A stretch of DNA of 64,000 bases from Thainema sp. (GTDB lineage Bacteria > Cyanobacteriota > Cyanobacteriia > Phormidesmidales > Phormidesmidaceae). Below are positions 38,539 through 50,100 of this stretch, one piece after another. The position numbers were made by a program, and so were the translations under genes. The notes beneath the pieces were generated by a model, which did no database searches, was not told the DNA's origin, and was given only the letters and a program-made list of their open reading frames with translations. The number at the start of each line of letters is the position of its first letter. The stretch's first letter is position 1. The stretch covers positions 11,251 to 75,250 of the forward strand of contig JBQLZK010000037.1 of NCBI GenBank assembly GCA_052168235.1. The letters are read 5' to 3'.

Positions 38539-39507
38539 CTAGCTGGCCGTTTCACGGCTGGGGCTGGGTTCAATCTTTTGATCAATGTGCTGGTCAATGC
38601 GATCGCAGATCGGTGCGGCATCACCTTGGCCTGAACGCTGATACTGCAGCATTTCCCAGAAAAAGCCAGCGGCATTGGCAACTTGGGATACAAACAGCAC
38701 AGCCGTCAACACCAGCCCCTTGCTGCCTTGACCATTGACAAACGGATAGCGCAGCAGGCTGAGATAGTAGTTGCCTTCAATTTGAAACTGACCCCATCCT
38801 TTCTCTTCACGTGTTTTGTGGAACCGAAATGCTCCTTGGCCATAGCTAAAGTGCTGCTTCCAGAAGCTTTTTAGCGTCATGGGATGAGCATGGTAAATCA
38901 CCACCTCCGGCGCATAGGTCATGCGGTACCCGTGATGAATCCAGCGATCGCACAACTCGCGATCCTCGGAAGTGGTAAAGCTTTCATCAAACCCGCCCAA
39001 TTCTCGGAATTGCACCGCAGGTACCACCATGTTATTGGAAGCAAAGAACCGCGCCTGATCCCGCACCGCATTGTAGTGGTCATAGCCCATGCTGATAATG
39101 TTCTGGCTGGTGGTGGAATAGGGATTATCGGCTAGAGCGTTGACCGTTCGTCCCCCGACAATGTGCTCTGGCTCCTTGGTAAAACAAGCTTCTAATGCCG
39201 TGAGCCAGTCGGTGGCGGGTCGGCAGTCATCGTCGGTAAAGGCGAGATATTTGCCCTGAGCCAGTCGGGCTGCGTGATTGCGAGCCGCAGCAGGGCCAGC
39301 ATTGGCCTGTCGAATCAGCCTCAGATTGAGCGGGTCTCGAAAGGGCGCAACCACTGAGTCTAAGGGCTGCTGGCTGCCATCATCCACAACCAGAACTTCA
39401 ATGCGATCGCGGGGATAGTCTAGCTGAGTCAGCGACTTTAAACAGGTCGCCAACTGCTGCGGGCGGTTATAGGTGGGAATGATGATGGAAAAGGTTGGCT
39501 GTTCCAT
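38539..39507 (-). CDS. Glycosyltransferase family 2
   Basis: IIPTYNR, VVDDGS, GPAAARN, FTDDDC, GGFDE, EDRE. Confidence 0.92.
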   Translation of the reverse strand: MEQPTFSIIIPTYNRPQQLATCLKSLTQLDYPRDRIEVLVVDDGSQQPLDSVVAPFRDPLNLRLIRQANAGPAAARNHAARLAQGKYLAFTDDDCRPATDWLTALEACFTKEPEHIVGGRTVNALADNPYSTTSQNIISMGYDHYNAVRDQARFFASNNMVVPAVQFRELGGFDESFTTSEDRELCDRWIHHGYRMTYAPEVVIYHAHPMTLKSFWKQHFSYGQGAFRFHKTREEKGWGQFQIEGNYYLSLLRYPFVNGQGSKGLVLTAVLFVSQVANAAGFFWEMLQYQRSGQGDAAPICDRIDQHIDQKIEPSPSRETAS

Positions 39508-39559
39508 GTTCGTTAGGAGCCTCAGTAGTTGCCGTCGGTTATTGTTTGGGAGTACTCAG

Positions 39560-39599
39560 GTAATGATGTTGTGGGGCGGTGCCCCCACAACATCATTAC
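39560..39599. repeat. Perfect 17-bp intercistronic hairpin overlapping a stop codon
   Basis: GTAATGATGTTGTGGGG-CGGTGC-CCCCACAACATCATTAC. Confidence 0.75.
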
Positions 39600-40630
39600 T
39601 TTGAGGCATGCATCAACTGTTGGCGCTGTTGCTCACGCGCGTGGCGCGCAGTGAGTAAGCGGTTCAGGCGATGGTCAAACCACATCAACACTCGCTCTAG
39701 TTTGGGACTGTAGAGGCCAAAAGTTAGCTTCAGGATCACAGGCGCTAGAATCGTGCCTTTGCGCCGCCAGCCCAGCTTTTTGTACTTGGTTTTGAAGTAG
39801 CCATCTTCAGCCAGATTCCACTTATCCCGCAGGTGATACAGGCTCTTCAGCGTCCACTCGTCGCTCCAGCGCAGCATGTAGTAGTGCAGATCGCTCCACT
39901 GGGCAGGTGGGCCAGGAACGTAAGTTACGATGCAATCTGGCTCAAAATATACGCTGCCGCCTGCCTCTCGCACCGTCATGCAGAAGTCTAAATGCTCTTT
40001 GGTGTTGAGCATTTGCTCATCTAGCAACCCCACTTGATCAAACACAGAGCGACGCACCAGCACGCAGTGAAACTCCGCTAGCTCCGTCTCTTGACGCTGG
40101 AGCTGCGGCTGAATTTGGGCAACGGTTTTGCCTTGGCTATACATCTTCTCGCGCAGCCGTCGCCGCCCGGTCTTATCGACCCAAATGTGAGATTCTCCGC
40201 CCGCAAAATGGACTTCGGCATGGAGCGGTTCGTGCTGACACATAAGGGGGCCAACCACCGCCGCACCCGTCTCTTCAGCACAGCCAACTAGGGCTTTGAG
40301 CCAACCGGGAGTGACCACTACGTCATTGTCAACAAAGACGAGATAAGGCGTATCGACCGCTGCTAGACCAATATTGCGAGCTTGGTTCGGATACAGGTAA
40401 TAGTCTTTGCGAATCAGGGTAAAAGACTTATCTTCCGCCTGCTCCTCTAGATATTGCCGGACAGAGGGAGGCGAGTTGCCGTCTACATACACCAGCTTGA
40501 ATGGCATCTGCGTATGCTCGTAGATGCTCTCCAGTGAAGTTTGAGTACAGCTAAAGCGCTCACGCGGTACGACCACAAGGGTGACGATAGGTTCGGTCAT
40601 GGTGGGTTTCTGGCTCATCTTCAGGGACAT
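39596..40630 (-). CDS. Glycosyltransferase family 2
   Basis: VVVPRERFS, YVDGNS, ARNIG, FVDND, EFHC, EHLDFC. Confidence 0.88.
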   Translation of the reverse strand: MSLKMSQKPTMTEPIVTLVVVPRERFSCTQTSLESIYEHTQMPFKLVYVDGNSPPSVRQYLEEQAEDKSFTLIRKDYYLYPNQARNIGLAAVDTPYLVFVDNDVVVTPGWLKALVGCAEETGAAVVGPLMCQHEPLHAEVHFAGGESHIWVDKTGRRRLREKMYSQGKTVAQIQPQLQRQETELAEFHCVLVRRSVFDQVGLLDEQMLNTKEHLDFCMTVREAGGSVYFEPDCIVTYVPGPPAQWSDLHYYMLRWSDEWTLKSLYHLRDKWNLAEDGYFKTKYKKLGWRRKGTILAPVILKLTFGLYSPKLERVLMWFDHRLNRLLTARHAREQQRQQLMHASK

Positions 40631-40669
40631 TAGTAGAACAAGTCAAGTCTTGTCAGGAGCGATGCACAG

Positions 40670-41968
40670 TTAAGGCGAACTGGGTTCCATCGAAACGGTG
40701 CGCGATCGCACATCTTCTGTGTCTGGTGTATCTGATTTCAACAGCCGCTCGTATAGCTGCACCAGCCGATCATTTAGGCGATGAATATCATAGTGCTGTT
40801 CCACAAACGCCCGTCCAGCCTGACCCATTGCGGGCCAGCGTTCGGGATGCTCAATTAAGTAGCCAAGCTTGGCCGCGATCGCATCAGCATCTCGCTCAGG
40901 CACTAAAAATCCTGAAATACCATCTTCCACCAGCTCTGGAATACCACCATGCAGCGTACTGATCACAGGCAATCCTATCGCCATCGCTTCTTTCAATACA
41001 TTTACAGGCGCATCTTGATCGCCGTCCTGTGCAGTGACGCTAGGAGCTAAGAATAAATGTGACTGATCTAATATTTCGATTAATTCCTGCTCAGTTTTCC
41101 AGCCAACTAATCGAATGATTGACTCGGCGTGTAATTGTCGAATCAAGGCTTGTAACTCAGTTTTGAGCGGCCCTTCGCCGACAATGCAGTAATCCAAATT
41201 GAGATGAGGATAGGCTTGTACGAGCTGAGTAACCGCGCGAATAGCATATTCAACGCCCTTTTTCTCAACCAGCCGTCCTGTTGTCACAATCCGAACAGGT
41301 TCATTGGACGCTAATGTTCTTGGCTTAAAGGCAAACTTATGGCAGTCCAAGCCAGATTGGTGAACCGCAATCCGTTCAGACGGACAGCCTAGCTGAATGG
41401 CTCTCTGACGGAAAAAATCGCAGTTTGCCAAGAAGGAATCGCCCGCTCTAAATAGTTCATCGTAAATATGTATGCCCTTTTCCTGAGGATATCGGCTAAT
41501 ATCATGACCTCGAAACATCACAATTAGCTTAGGTCGTGGCTGCTGTAAATGGCAGAAGTATAAACCCCGATATCCCTGGGTGCCAAATTGACAGTGAATA
41601 ATATCATAATGTGGCTTATCAATAAGAGCAATGACTGAATACATCAGCCACAAACCTAGTGCCTGTAATCCATATTTTTGAATCTGAATTGATTGGAAAA
41701 ACAAGCCCGGAGCACGGTGGAAATTTCGCACGAGTAGCCCTATTCCTCGGATGATCCGTAAAGCTTGGTTGCCAGGAACATAAGGAAGCTGATATGTGCG
41801 ATCGCACAATCCATATTTTTCAACATCAGGATGGACTTTGTTCGTATCTCCCCACTGTTCGGTATAAATATCGACTTCGTGTCCCCGCTCAATCAGTCCT
41901 GTAATTTGATTCAGGACAAACGTTTGGGACAGTATAGGAAATCGACCGACGATAAACGCAATTCTCAT
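40670..41968 (-). CDS. Glycosyltransferase family 4, WcaL-like
   Basis: FP.LSQTFVLNQI, FRGHDIS, GRLVEKKG, PSVTA.DGD, LKEAMA.GLPVIST.HGGIPEL. Confidence 0.92.
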   Translation of the reverse strand: MRIAFIVGRFPILSQTFVLNQITGLIERGHEVDIYTEQWGDTNKVHPDVEKYGLCDRTYQLPYVPGNQALRIIRGIGLLVRNFHRAPGLFFQSIQIQKYGLQALGLWLMYSVIALIDKPHYDIIHCQFGTQGYRGLYFCHLQQPRPKLIVMFRGHDISRYPQEKGIHIYDELFRAGDSFLANCDFFRQRAIQLGCPSERIAVHQSGLDCHKFAFKPRTLASNEPVRIVTTGRLVEKKGVEYAIRAVTQLVQAYPHLNLDYCIVGEGPLKTELQALIRQLHAESIIRLVGWKTEQELIEILDQSHLFLAPSVTAQDGDQDAPVNVLKEAMAIGLPVISTLHGGIPELVEDGISGFLVPERDADAIAAKLGYLIEHPERWPAMGQAGRAFVEQHYDIHRLNDRLVQLYERLLKSDTPDTEDVRSRTVSMEPSSP

Positions 41969-42034
41969 TACAAATACTTAAACAAAGTTTGTTTGCAGTA
42001 GGGCTTTTTCAGGCAGATTGCACTGAAGAAATAG

Positions 42035-42958
42035 TTACTCTCGAATCGATACTCCTCCAAGTAGCAGGCGAATTTTTTCCCAAGCATTGATATAGCGAAT
42101 TACTAAAAGCATCAGAGAAACTTTCACCTTTCGGGTGAATCCCTTTACAGCAGGATTCCTAAACGTAGTAATTGTGAAATTGACAGGCGGAATCAAATCT
42201 TCGGCAAACAGGTGGCCAAACATTAGATAGCGCTTCAACCACGATGGCTCCCGCTGAATAAAGTGATCGTAGACACCACCTGCGGTTCGGATAGTTCGCT
42301 GATAAAGCTGGTTCCAGGTATGGCGGGCCGGATGGTTCACTACCACATCAGCCGCATAAACCTGCTGATAGCCAGCCAAATAAACTCGCCTGCCCCACTC
42401 CAAATCGCCAAAGGATTTAAGCCGCTGATCAAACAGACCGACCTGATCGATCACCTTGCTCCAGGTAAATAAGTTAGCCGTTACGCCGCCCCGAAATTGC
42501 TTCAGGTAAAACTCTTGGGGAAAAGCCGTCATGCTTTGATATAGCTCAACGGTGGTCGGTTGATCGGCCCGCTTAAAAAAGACCTCAACTTTACCGGACA
42601 CCATACCGCAGTTTGGAACTTCATCCAGTTGAGCTGCTCCCTTTGCTAACCAGTCGGGAACTGGAATACAGTCAGCATCGGTAAAGGCAATCACCTCACC
42701 TTTGGCAAGAGCAATTCCTTGATTCCGAGCCGCATAGGAACCGGGAGTCGCCTCAAACGTCAAGATCACGTTGTCGTAGGATTCGACTGCCGCTTTAATT
42801 GGGTCAAGCGGGTCAGAGCCGTTGTCCACCACAATTACTTCAACGTGCGATCGCGGATAGGTCTGCTGGGCCAAGGCGGCCAGACAAAGCTGTAAGCGCT
42901 CCCCATCATTGAAGACGGGGATAATTACTGAAATGAATGGGCGATCAGAATTTGCCAT
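42035..42958 (-). CDS. Glycosyltransferase family 2
   Basis: IIPVFN, VVDNGS, GSYAARN.GI, FTDADC, TANLF, GD.EW. Confidence 0.92.
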   Translation of the reverse strand: MANSDRPFISVIIPVFNDGERLQLCLAALAQQTYPRSHVEVIVVDNGSDPLDPIKAAVESYDNVILTFEATPGSYAARNQGIALAKGEVIAFTDADCIPVPDWLAKGAAQLDEVPNCGMVSGKVEVFFKRADQPTTVELYQSMTAFPQEFYLKQFRGGVTANLFTWSKVIDQVGLFDQRLKSFGDLEWGRRVYLAGYQQVYAADVVVNHPARHTWNQLYQRTIRTAGGVYDHFIQREPSWLKRYLMFGHLFAEDLIPPVNFTITTFRNPAVKGFTRKVKVSLMLLVIRYINAWEKIRLLLGGVSIRE

Positions 42959-42981
42959 GATGCTTTCCCCCTTAACCCAGG

Positions 42982-44472
42982 CTAGTAGGCGCGAGATAGC
43001 GGTTGGGTATTAGCCTGCGGCTGTAGTTCTCCTTGCCGCACCTTTGACCACTCCTGATCGGTAAAGTTCTCGTGATACGAGCGCTCAACATTAACGTTCC
43101 AGAGATCGTGCTGCTCTCCAACAATATTGCGAGCTGCCAGCAGCGCCGTCAACATTGAATGATCCTGGTTGTTATAGCGGTGCATCCCATTACGCCCAAC
43201 CGTTTGCAGGTTTTCAAAGGTCTTAATGTAGTCTTCCAGAACCTGTAAATGCTGACGATATTCACCGTCATAAACGGGATATGCCTTACGCTGACGAATG
43301 ACGCATCCGTCCTGCACATCGTCGGGTTTAACCCCTAAATCAAGCCGGACGACTTCCTGGGCAGCTAAGTCAATCAGTTGCTGATCAGACATTTCCCAAA
43401 GGTCGTCCCCTTCACTACAGAAATACTCCATACCCAAGCAGGTTTTCTGAGGATCAGGCACCATTTCTGGACTCCAGTTTTTGAAGTTTTGGATGCGACC
43501 CACTTTGAATTCAGGACTGTGGATATACAGCCAATTATCTGGAAATAATTGATCGCGATTAATAATTAGCGACACAATCAAAAAATCGCGATACTTGAGT
43601 CCACGTGCTGCTGCTAAAACCTCTTCCGGTGGCAGTGGATCGAGGCGATTGACTAATAGTGCGATCGGCATCGAGTTGATAAAATTGTCACCCGTCAATT
43701 CGAATATTTCGTCACCCTGCTTCGCAATTACTTTCGTAATCCGCTTTCCTTCTTGCTCCACGCGAATCACCTCAGTGTTGAGATGGACAGGTGAACCATG
43801 CACGTCAAGTAGATCCTGACAGCGTTCCCACATCATGCCAGGGCCGAGCCGAGGATAGTCAAATTTTTTGATTAGGCTTTTAGCATTTTGGCTACCAAAG
43901 AGAGCATTGATAACCGCCTGCTTGAGCGACATATTTTTAATACGCTGAGCAGCCCAATCAGCTCGAATTTGACTACAGGGAAGACCCCAAACTTTCTCCG
44001 TATAAGTCTTGAAGAAAATCCGGTAGAGTCGCTCTCCGAAGCAGTCAATCACCCACTCTTCAAACGTTTCCGCTTCGAAATTTGGATTTTGATACTTATG
44101 CAATTTAGCTTTTAAGTAACTAAACAGGATGAGAGCGCTTCTGATCGGCCCTAAATTTCTCAGAGTTTTGAATAGCGATAGCGGGTAATCGTAGAATTTA
44201 TGGTCGTAATAGATACGCGACAGTCGAGGCGTTTGAATGAAATCATCCCCCAGAATTTCTTTCCAAACCGCTTGCACTTCACCAACTTTGGTGAAAAAGC
44301 GGTGTCCACCAATGTCAAACCGATAGCCCTTATAGGTTTCTGTACGAGAAATGCCACCCACTCTATCGGCCTTCTCAAGCACAATTGACTTCTGGCCGTG
44401 CTTCATCAACTCGTAACCTGCCGTGAGTCCAGCAGGACCTCCTCCGATGATGACTACGGGAAAAGACTTCAT
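42982..44472 (-). CDS. FAD-dependent oxidoreductase of glycan clusters (UDP-galactopyranose mutase/protoporphyrinogen oxidase-like fold)
   Basis: IIGGGPAGL, VGGISRT, DIGGHRFFTK, YTEKVWG, WAAQRI, GRNGMHRYNNQDHSM. Confidence 0.85.
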   Translation of the reverse strand: MKSFPVVIIGGGPAGLTAGYELMKHGQKSIVLEKADRVGGISRTETYKGYRFDIGGHRFFTKVGEVQAVWKEILGDDFIQTPRLSRIYYDHKFYDYPLSLFKTLRNLGPIRSALILFSYLKAKLHKYQNPNFEAETFEEWVIDCFGERLYRIFFKTYTEKVWGLPCSQIRADWAAQRIKNMSLKQAVINALFGSQNAKSLIKKFDYPRLGPGMMWERCQDLLDVHGSPVHLNTEVIRVEQEGKRITKVIAKQGDEIFELTGDNFINSMPIALLVNRLDPLPPEEVLAAARGLKYRDFLIVSLIINRDQLFPDNWLYIHSPEFKVGRIQNFKNWSPEMVPDPQKTCLGMEYFCSEGDDLWEMSDQQLIDLAAQEVVRLDLGVKPDDVQDGCVIRQRKAYPVYDGEYRQHLQVLEDYIKTFENLQTVGRNGMHRYNNQDHSMLTALLAARNIVGEQHDLWNVNVERSYHENFTDQEWSKVRQGELQPQANTQPLSRAY

Positions 44473-44560
44473 ATCGATTAACTCCAAATGCTTGCGTCGT
44501 GAATCTAACGTTACGAATCTGGTGCATCTAACTGCCGCATTGAACGGGCGATCAGAAAAC

Positions 44561-45637
44561 CTATCTGGATTTACAAACTCCCCAAGGCATAGGTGGTTGC
44601 GGTAGATGCAACTGACTTGAGAAATGCCTCAAGCTGCCGTATGCAAAGGCAAGTCCGCCATAGAGGAAATAAAACCAGTGCCAGGGAACCACTCGTAAAG
44701 CAAACCAAAGCCCCCGCTGACGATAAAAAAATCGATATACATCCCAGTTGATTGCCAGCAATCCAAGCGCTAGAACTGCGACAACTCCAAGGAGCCAGGG
44801 CATGAACTCATTTGCCACTAAACTGGCCGCTAAGCTAGCTACTAAACTAGCGACTAGGGCGAAGGTAAGGATGACGCTGATGCGATTTTTATGGTTTAGG
44901 TTCAAATCCGCATTGAATGTGCGATCGCTTAAAATCAGCTCTGTCCAGGGCAATGCTCGGTAGAATATCTCTGCCCTAAGTAAAGAGGTAGGCGTCCAGT
45001 GCTTTAAATGTTTAACTTGGATATCTTTACACATGCGAATGGAATAGCCTGCCTGCTTCAGTCGATAGCCTAACTCGATGTCTTCTACACAGGGCTTACG
45101 ATAGCTTTCATCAAAACCCCCAACGGCTTGAAAGGCTGAGCGGCGAATTGCCCCACACGCGCCCCAAAAGGTAGAAGCAACTTCGGACGATATTTGATGA
45201 GTGTAGTGATGAAATAAATTCTTATATTGAGATAGAAAATTCTCAGCTCCTGGTGCATTGTCATAGGAACCAATTATGGCTGCCAGATCTTTTTCTCGTT
45301 GAAAGACATCTATCAATCGAGAGATTGTGTCTCTATGAATCGTGACATCAGCATCAACAAAGAACACAATATCGCCCTGTGCAGCGTGTGCTCCCCGGTT
45401 TCTGGCTCGGGCTGGGCCACCCGCAGTGGGATACCTAAAAACCTTGACCCCAAACGATTCTGCAACTTGCCAGGAGCCGTCTGTATCACCATCCGCTACA
45501 ACGATAATTTCATCAGGTTGCTGGCTAGACTGCTTGAGGCTGTCAAGACATTGACGAAAACTCTTCCCCCCATTATGAACTGGAATGACAACTGAAATTG
45601 TTGGCTTAGATAGCACCTTGGTCTGCTGAAAATTCAT
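44561..45637 (-). CDS. Glycosyltransferase family 2 with C-terminal TM helices
   Basis: VIPVHN, GPARARN, FVDADV, FWGACGAIRR, GGFDE, VEDIELGYRL. Confidence 0.92.
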   Translation of the reverse strand: MNFQQTKVLSKPTISVVIPVHNGGKSFRQCLDSLKQSSQQPDEIIVVADGDTDGSWQVAESFGVKVFRYPTAGGPARARNRGAHAAQGDIVFFVDADVTIHRDTISRLIDVFQREKDLAAIIGSYDNAPGAENFLSQYKNLFHHYTHQISSEVASTFWGACGAIRRSAFQAVGGFDESYRKPCVEDIELGYRLKQAGYSIRMCKDIQVKHLKHWTPTSLLRAEIFYRALPWTELILSDRTFNADLNLNHKNRISVILTFALVASLVASLAASLVANEFMPWLLGVVAVLALGLLAINWDVYRFFYRQRGLWFALRVVPWHWFYFLYGGLAFAYGSLRHFSSQLHLPQPPMPWGVCKSR

Positions 45638-46655
45638 GAGGTCAGGGCTTAATAGAGAATGTGTGTACAGGCCAATAACGTAAGGTCAAACTCAGTAGAT
45701 CGGTCTGGATAGACTCAACCCAAAACGAGGGCGCACTCTAAGCGAACCTCTATTTTTGTTTGGTTCATCTATGTCAACTTAATTGGTTAGCTTATTGATG
45801 TGGTATTGAGCTATTTTTCAGTACCACAATCTGCAATCTGTTCTAGAAAGCTCGCATTTCTAGACCTGGTTTTAGATGATTCGAAATCTTGGCAAGACTG
45901 GGTGAAAGGAAGAAGTTAAGGAAACACTAAGGAAACACTAAAATTGTATTATGAGTGACTTTTTGCTTTAGAAATTAGCTTTTCCTTCCTTATTTATGCC
46001 GATAAACTAACACGCTTGTTATTGCCGATTCATGAGAGAATTTTCATCTTTATGAGAAGTTCATAATTGAATTTGTGTAATGATTGCGACTTTTTCTATT
46101 ATTTTCTCGCCGAAAAATAGGAGGCAATAATTCTTTGTTCTTTAGTTGTTCTGCTTATCACGTAGAGGTGTAATGGCCTGTTCTACGTGGTTCCGAGGAG
46201 CAGCTGAATTAGAGTAGCTGTTAAATTCGGCACATAAATGTGGGATAAACCATTTTCCTGCTGGGAAACATTTTGCCCTCTAAAAAGCGCATCTAAGTTC
46301 TATCTGTAGATAGAAGACATTTGTATTTCTGCTATTCAATCGAAAATGTTTGCGCCTCATCTCCAAAAAGAGCAGAGATAGATTTTGCTGCGATGCTACA
46401 GCAGTAAATTTTATTTGTAACGAAAAACACGAGATAATTTATATACTCGCTATCTAAATCTGCCTCAGGTAGGTTGATGTTCTGCTAACTATTTGTACTA
46501 GCAGCGAAGGTTTTTGTAACAGTCCCAGGTGACTTTCATAAAAAATGCCATTGCCAAACTGGAGACAACCTGCTTGACAATGGCATGATTCAGCTAGTGA
46601 GTGTGTGAAACCCGATGAGATTGACCGTTGTTTGAGTTTCCCTACCGATCAGTGA

Positions 46656-46874
46656 TTATCTAACCGCAGAGAGATCATCAGTCATTACAATCCGTTGACG
46701 CACAACAGCATGTAATAACCGATCAATCGAGGATTGCTCCTCCTGCGATAATGCACCGGATAGGATTGCTGCCTGAATCCCATAGCGATCAGCTTGGGTA
46801 AGTTTGCCTGTTGCACTGGCTTGGGCAAAGAGTTCAGCAATGGCACCGGGGAGAGGAAGGATGGGAGCAAACAT
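46656..46874 (-). CDS. Small conserved cyanobacterial hypothetical protein
   Basis: LPGAIAELFAQ...G.LT.ADRYG..AAIL...L..EE...IDRLL.AV pattern. Confidence 0.7.
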   Translation of the reverse strand: MFAPILPLPGAIAELFAQASATGKLTQADRYGIQAAILSGALSQEEQSSIDRLLHAVVRQRIVMTDDLSAVR

Positions 46875-47155
46875 GATGACGACTTCAGGAACTTCGATTC
46901 GATACTATTAGTATCTTTCGGAAGCCCAAATTTCTCTGTGATAAGTCGGTTTGTTCAACGTGATTCTGATGGTGTGGTGGCTGTGATATGTGCGATCGCA
47001 CATTATGACTGATATCTTCCGCTACCCGTGATCGCGATTTAACTGCACCATGACGCAGATCACGATGTGACAGTAGATTGCAAACTTGACGTTTTGATAC
47101 AGGTAAAACCCGTTATCCCTAATAATCTAGATGGAAAGGGAAAACGCAACGTACT

Positions 47156-50100
47156 GTGACAACGCTAAAGGCTTCATCAGTTGGACATTCGCAAATTAAA
47201 CAGGCACGACGCGCCAAAGGCTGGCCTGTGAATGATTTCAAGTGGATAGAAGCAGCCAGTCAGATACTTGGTACCGTTTGGGAGGAGACAGGGGTGCTGG
47301 CTCCCGGTGTCTCAGAAGGAACCTGGAAGCGATTCCTGGCGGGCAAGGTGCCGATTAACGCCGAGGCGTTCAAAGCTTACTGCCAGGTGTTGGAGCTGGA
47401 CTGGACTGCGATCGCAGAACTCGATCCAGAACTTGATCCAGAACCCGTCACCGAACTAGAACCACCGCAGGCAAATTCATCTAGCTGCGCGACGAATCCA
47501 GATAACTCAACGAATGTTGTTTACCTGCGCAATCACGCTAGCCCGACCTACGTTACGAGTCCTCCCGATCCGCTTGTTGAAGCGAATCTCCTCAAGCAGC
47601 GTGCAGTGGCAGCGCTACCCACTCGACAGGACTGGAGCAATGCGCCTGACGTTTCCATATTCTATGGTCGTCAGGCTGAACTGGAAACGGTGCAGCGCTG
47701 GATTACTCAGGATCGCTGTCGGTTGGTGACGCTGCTGGGCATGGGCGGCATCGGCAAAACGGCGCTGTCGGTTAAGCTGGCTCGTCAAATTGTGGCTCAG
47801 CAAAAGCAGCGGACGGCGGGGGATCAGCCGTTTACCTATGTCATCTGGCGCTCGCTGCGCAATGCGCCCTCCGTGGACGAAATGCTGGCCGATCTGATTC
47901 AGTTCCTATCGGATCAGCAGGTGACGGATTTGCCAGCGGATGCAGATGGTCGGTTGGCGTTGTTGCTTCAGTATCTACGGACTAATCGCTGCCTGATCAT
48001 GCTCGACAATGCTGAGTCAATCCTCAAAAGCGGCGATCGCATGGGCCGCTATCGGGTGGGCTATGAGGGGTATGAAGCCCTGCTGCGCTGTGTGGCGGAA
48101 ACGACTCATCAAAGCTGTCTGGTAATTACCTCACGGGAAAAGCCCAAGGGGCTGACGGCGTTTGAGGGGGAAACGCTACCCGTGCGATCACTCCAGCTCA
48201 GCGGCCTGCCGGAGGCGGACGGGCGAGAGCTATTTAACGTTAAAGGTTCGTTCACAGCGACGGACGCGGAGTGGCAGACTCTGATTGAGCGCTATGCAGG
48301 CAATCCCCTAGCGCTGAAGATTGTCGCATCCTCGATTCACGACTTTTTTGACAGTGATGTTTCGCAGTTTTTAGCCATCTCGCAGCAGAGCGCTTTCCTA
48401 TTCGACGACATTCGCGACTTGCTGGATCAGCATTTTCAGCGCCTGACGGTTCTAGAGAAGTCGGTGATGTACTGGTTGGCAATCAATCGGGAACCGACAT
48501 CGATCTCTGATTTACAGGCTGATTTCTTAATCAATGTATCCCCCCGTGACCTGCTGGAATCCTTGAATTCTCTACAGCGCCGCTCCCTAGTTGAAAAAGG
48601 TGCCGCTGGCATGACGCAGCAGCCTGTGGTGATGGAATACGTAATTAATCAGCTGATCGAACGAATTAGCGATGAGATAACCGGGCAGACGGTTGATCTG
48701 TTTAAGAGTCATGCCCTGACCAAAGCCCAGGCCAAAGAGTACGTCAGGGAAACACAGCTCAATCTGATTGTGCAGCCGATTATGGATCAGCTACTGAATC
48801 AGTTGGGCAGTAGAGATGCGATCGCAACTGCTCTCCAATCTATTCTCGCTCAGCTCCGGGGCAGAACGCCTCAGGAGACGGGCTATGCGGGCGGCAATGC
48901 GTTAAATTTACTGCTCCAGCTTGGAGTTGATCTGACGGGCTATGATTTTTCGCGGCTAAGCGTGTGGCAAGCTTACCTACAAGATGTAAAGCTGCACGGT
49001 ATCGACTTTACGGGTTCCGATTTGTCCAACTGCGTGTTTACCGAGTCACTAGGAAACGTGCTGTGGGCTACCTTCAGTCCAGATGGAGAGCGGCTTGCTA
49101 CCTGCGACACGGATTGCCAAGTGCGGGTGTGGGATGTGCAAACGGGGCAGCTTGTGCTGATCTGTCGTGGTCATGCCAACTGGGTGAGGCATGTCACCTT
49201 TAGTCCTGATGGTCGGATGATCGCGAGCTGTGGTGCGGATCAAACGGTGCGACTGTGGACTGCTCAGGATGGAGTCTGCATTAAAACTCTGGCGGGTCAT
49301 GATCATGAAGTGTTTGCTGTCGCCTTCAGTCCCGATGGTCAGCTTCTCGCCAGTGCAGGCGGTGACTGTACGATTAAGCTCTGGGACGTGCAGGATGGGC
49401 AGTGTATTCAAACGCTGACGGGACATACAGACTGGGTGCGGACGGTAGTTTTTGCGCCATATTCTAGTCAGAATGCTGCTCAAAATTCACAGCCCCTGCT
49501 GCTAGCTAGTGGCGGAGCCGATCAGCAAATCAAGCTCTGGGATGCGGCTACCGGGCAGTGTTTACAGACCTTGAGTGGGCATCAGGGCTGGGTGCGATCG
49601 CTAACCTTTAGTCGCGATGGCCAACTCCTAGCTAGCGGCAGTGGCGATCAGCAAATTAAGCTCTGGGACTGTAGTACAGGCGACTGTCTATCCACCTACG
49701 ACGGCCACAGCAGCGGCGTTTACTGCGTTGTTTTTAGCCCCACAGCCGACATATTAATCAGCAGCAGCGGCGATCGCACCGTCAAACTCTGGGACTGGCA
49801 TACAGATACCTGCCTCAAAACCTTATCGGGACAGAGCAATGAGGTTTGCTCCATCGATATTCATCCTGACGGTCGCCGCTTAGTCTGCGTCAGCCTCGAT
49901 CAGACGGTGAAGCTGTGGGACTGCCAAACCGGACAGTGTTTACGCACCTGGGATGGCCACACGGATTGGGCTTTGCCCGTTGCCTTCAGCCCCGATGGTC
50001 AAATCCTCGCTAGCGGTAGCAATGATAAATCCGTCGTGCTGTGGAACTGGCAAACCGGACAGCAGCAAATGGCTTTATACGGCCATACGGATTTCGTTTA

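Noticed and set aside
45638..46655. 1-kb AT-rich gap as a hidden gene or ncRNA
   Set aside because: No ORF of 60 aa or more, and no remnant or RNA motif I could recognise; treated as regulatory DNA
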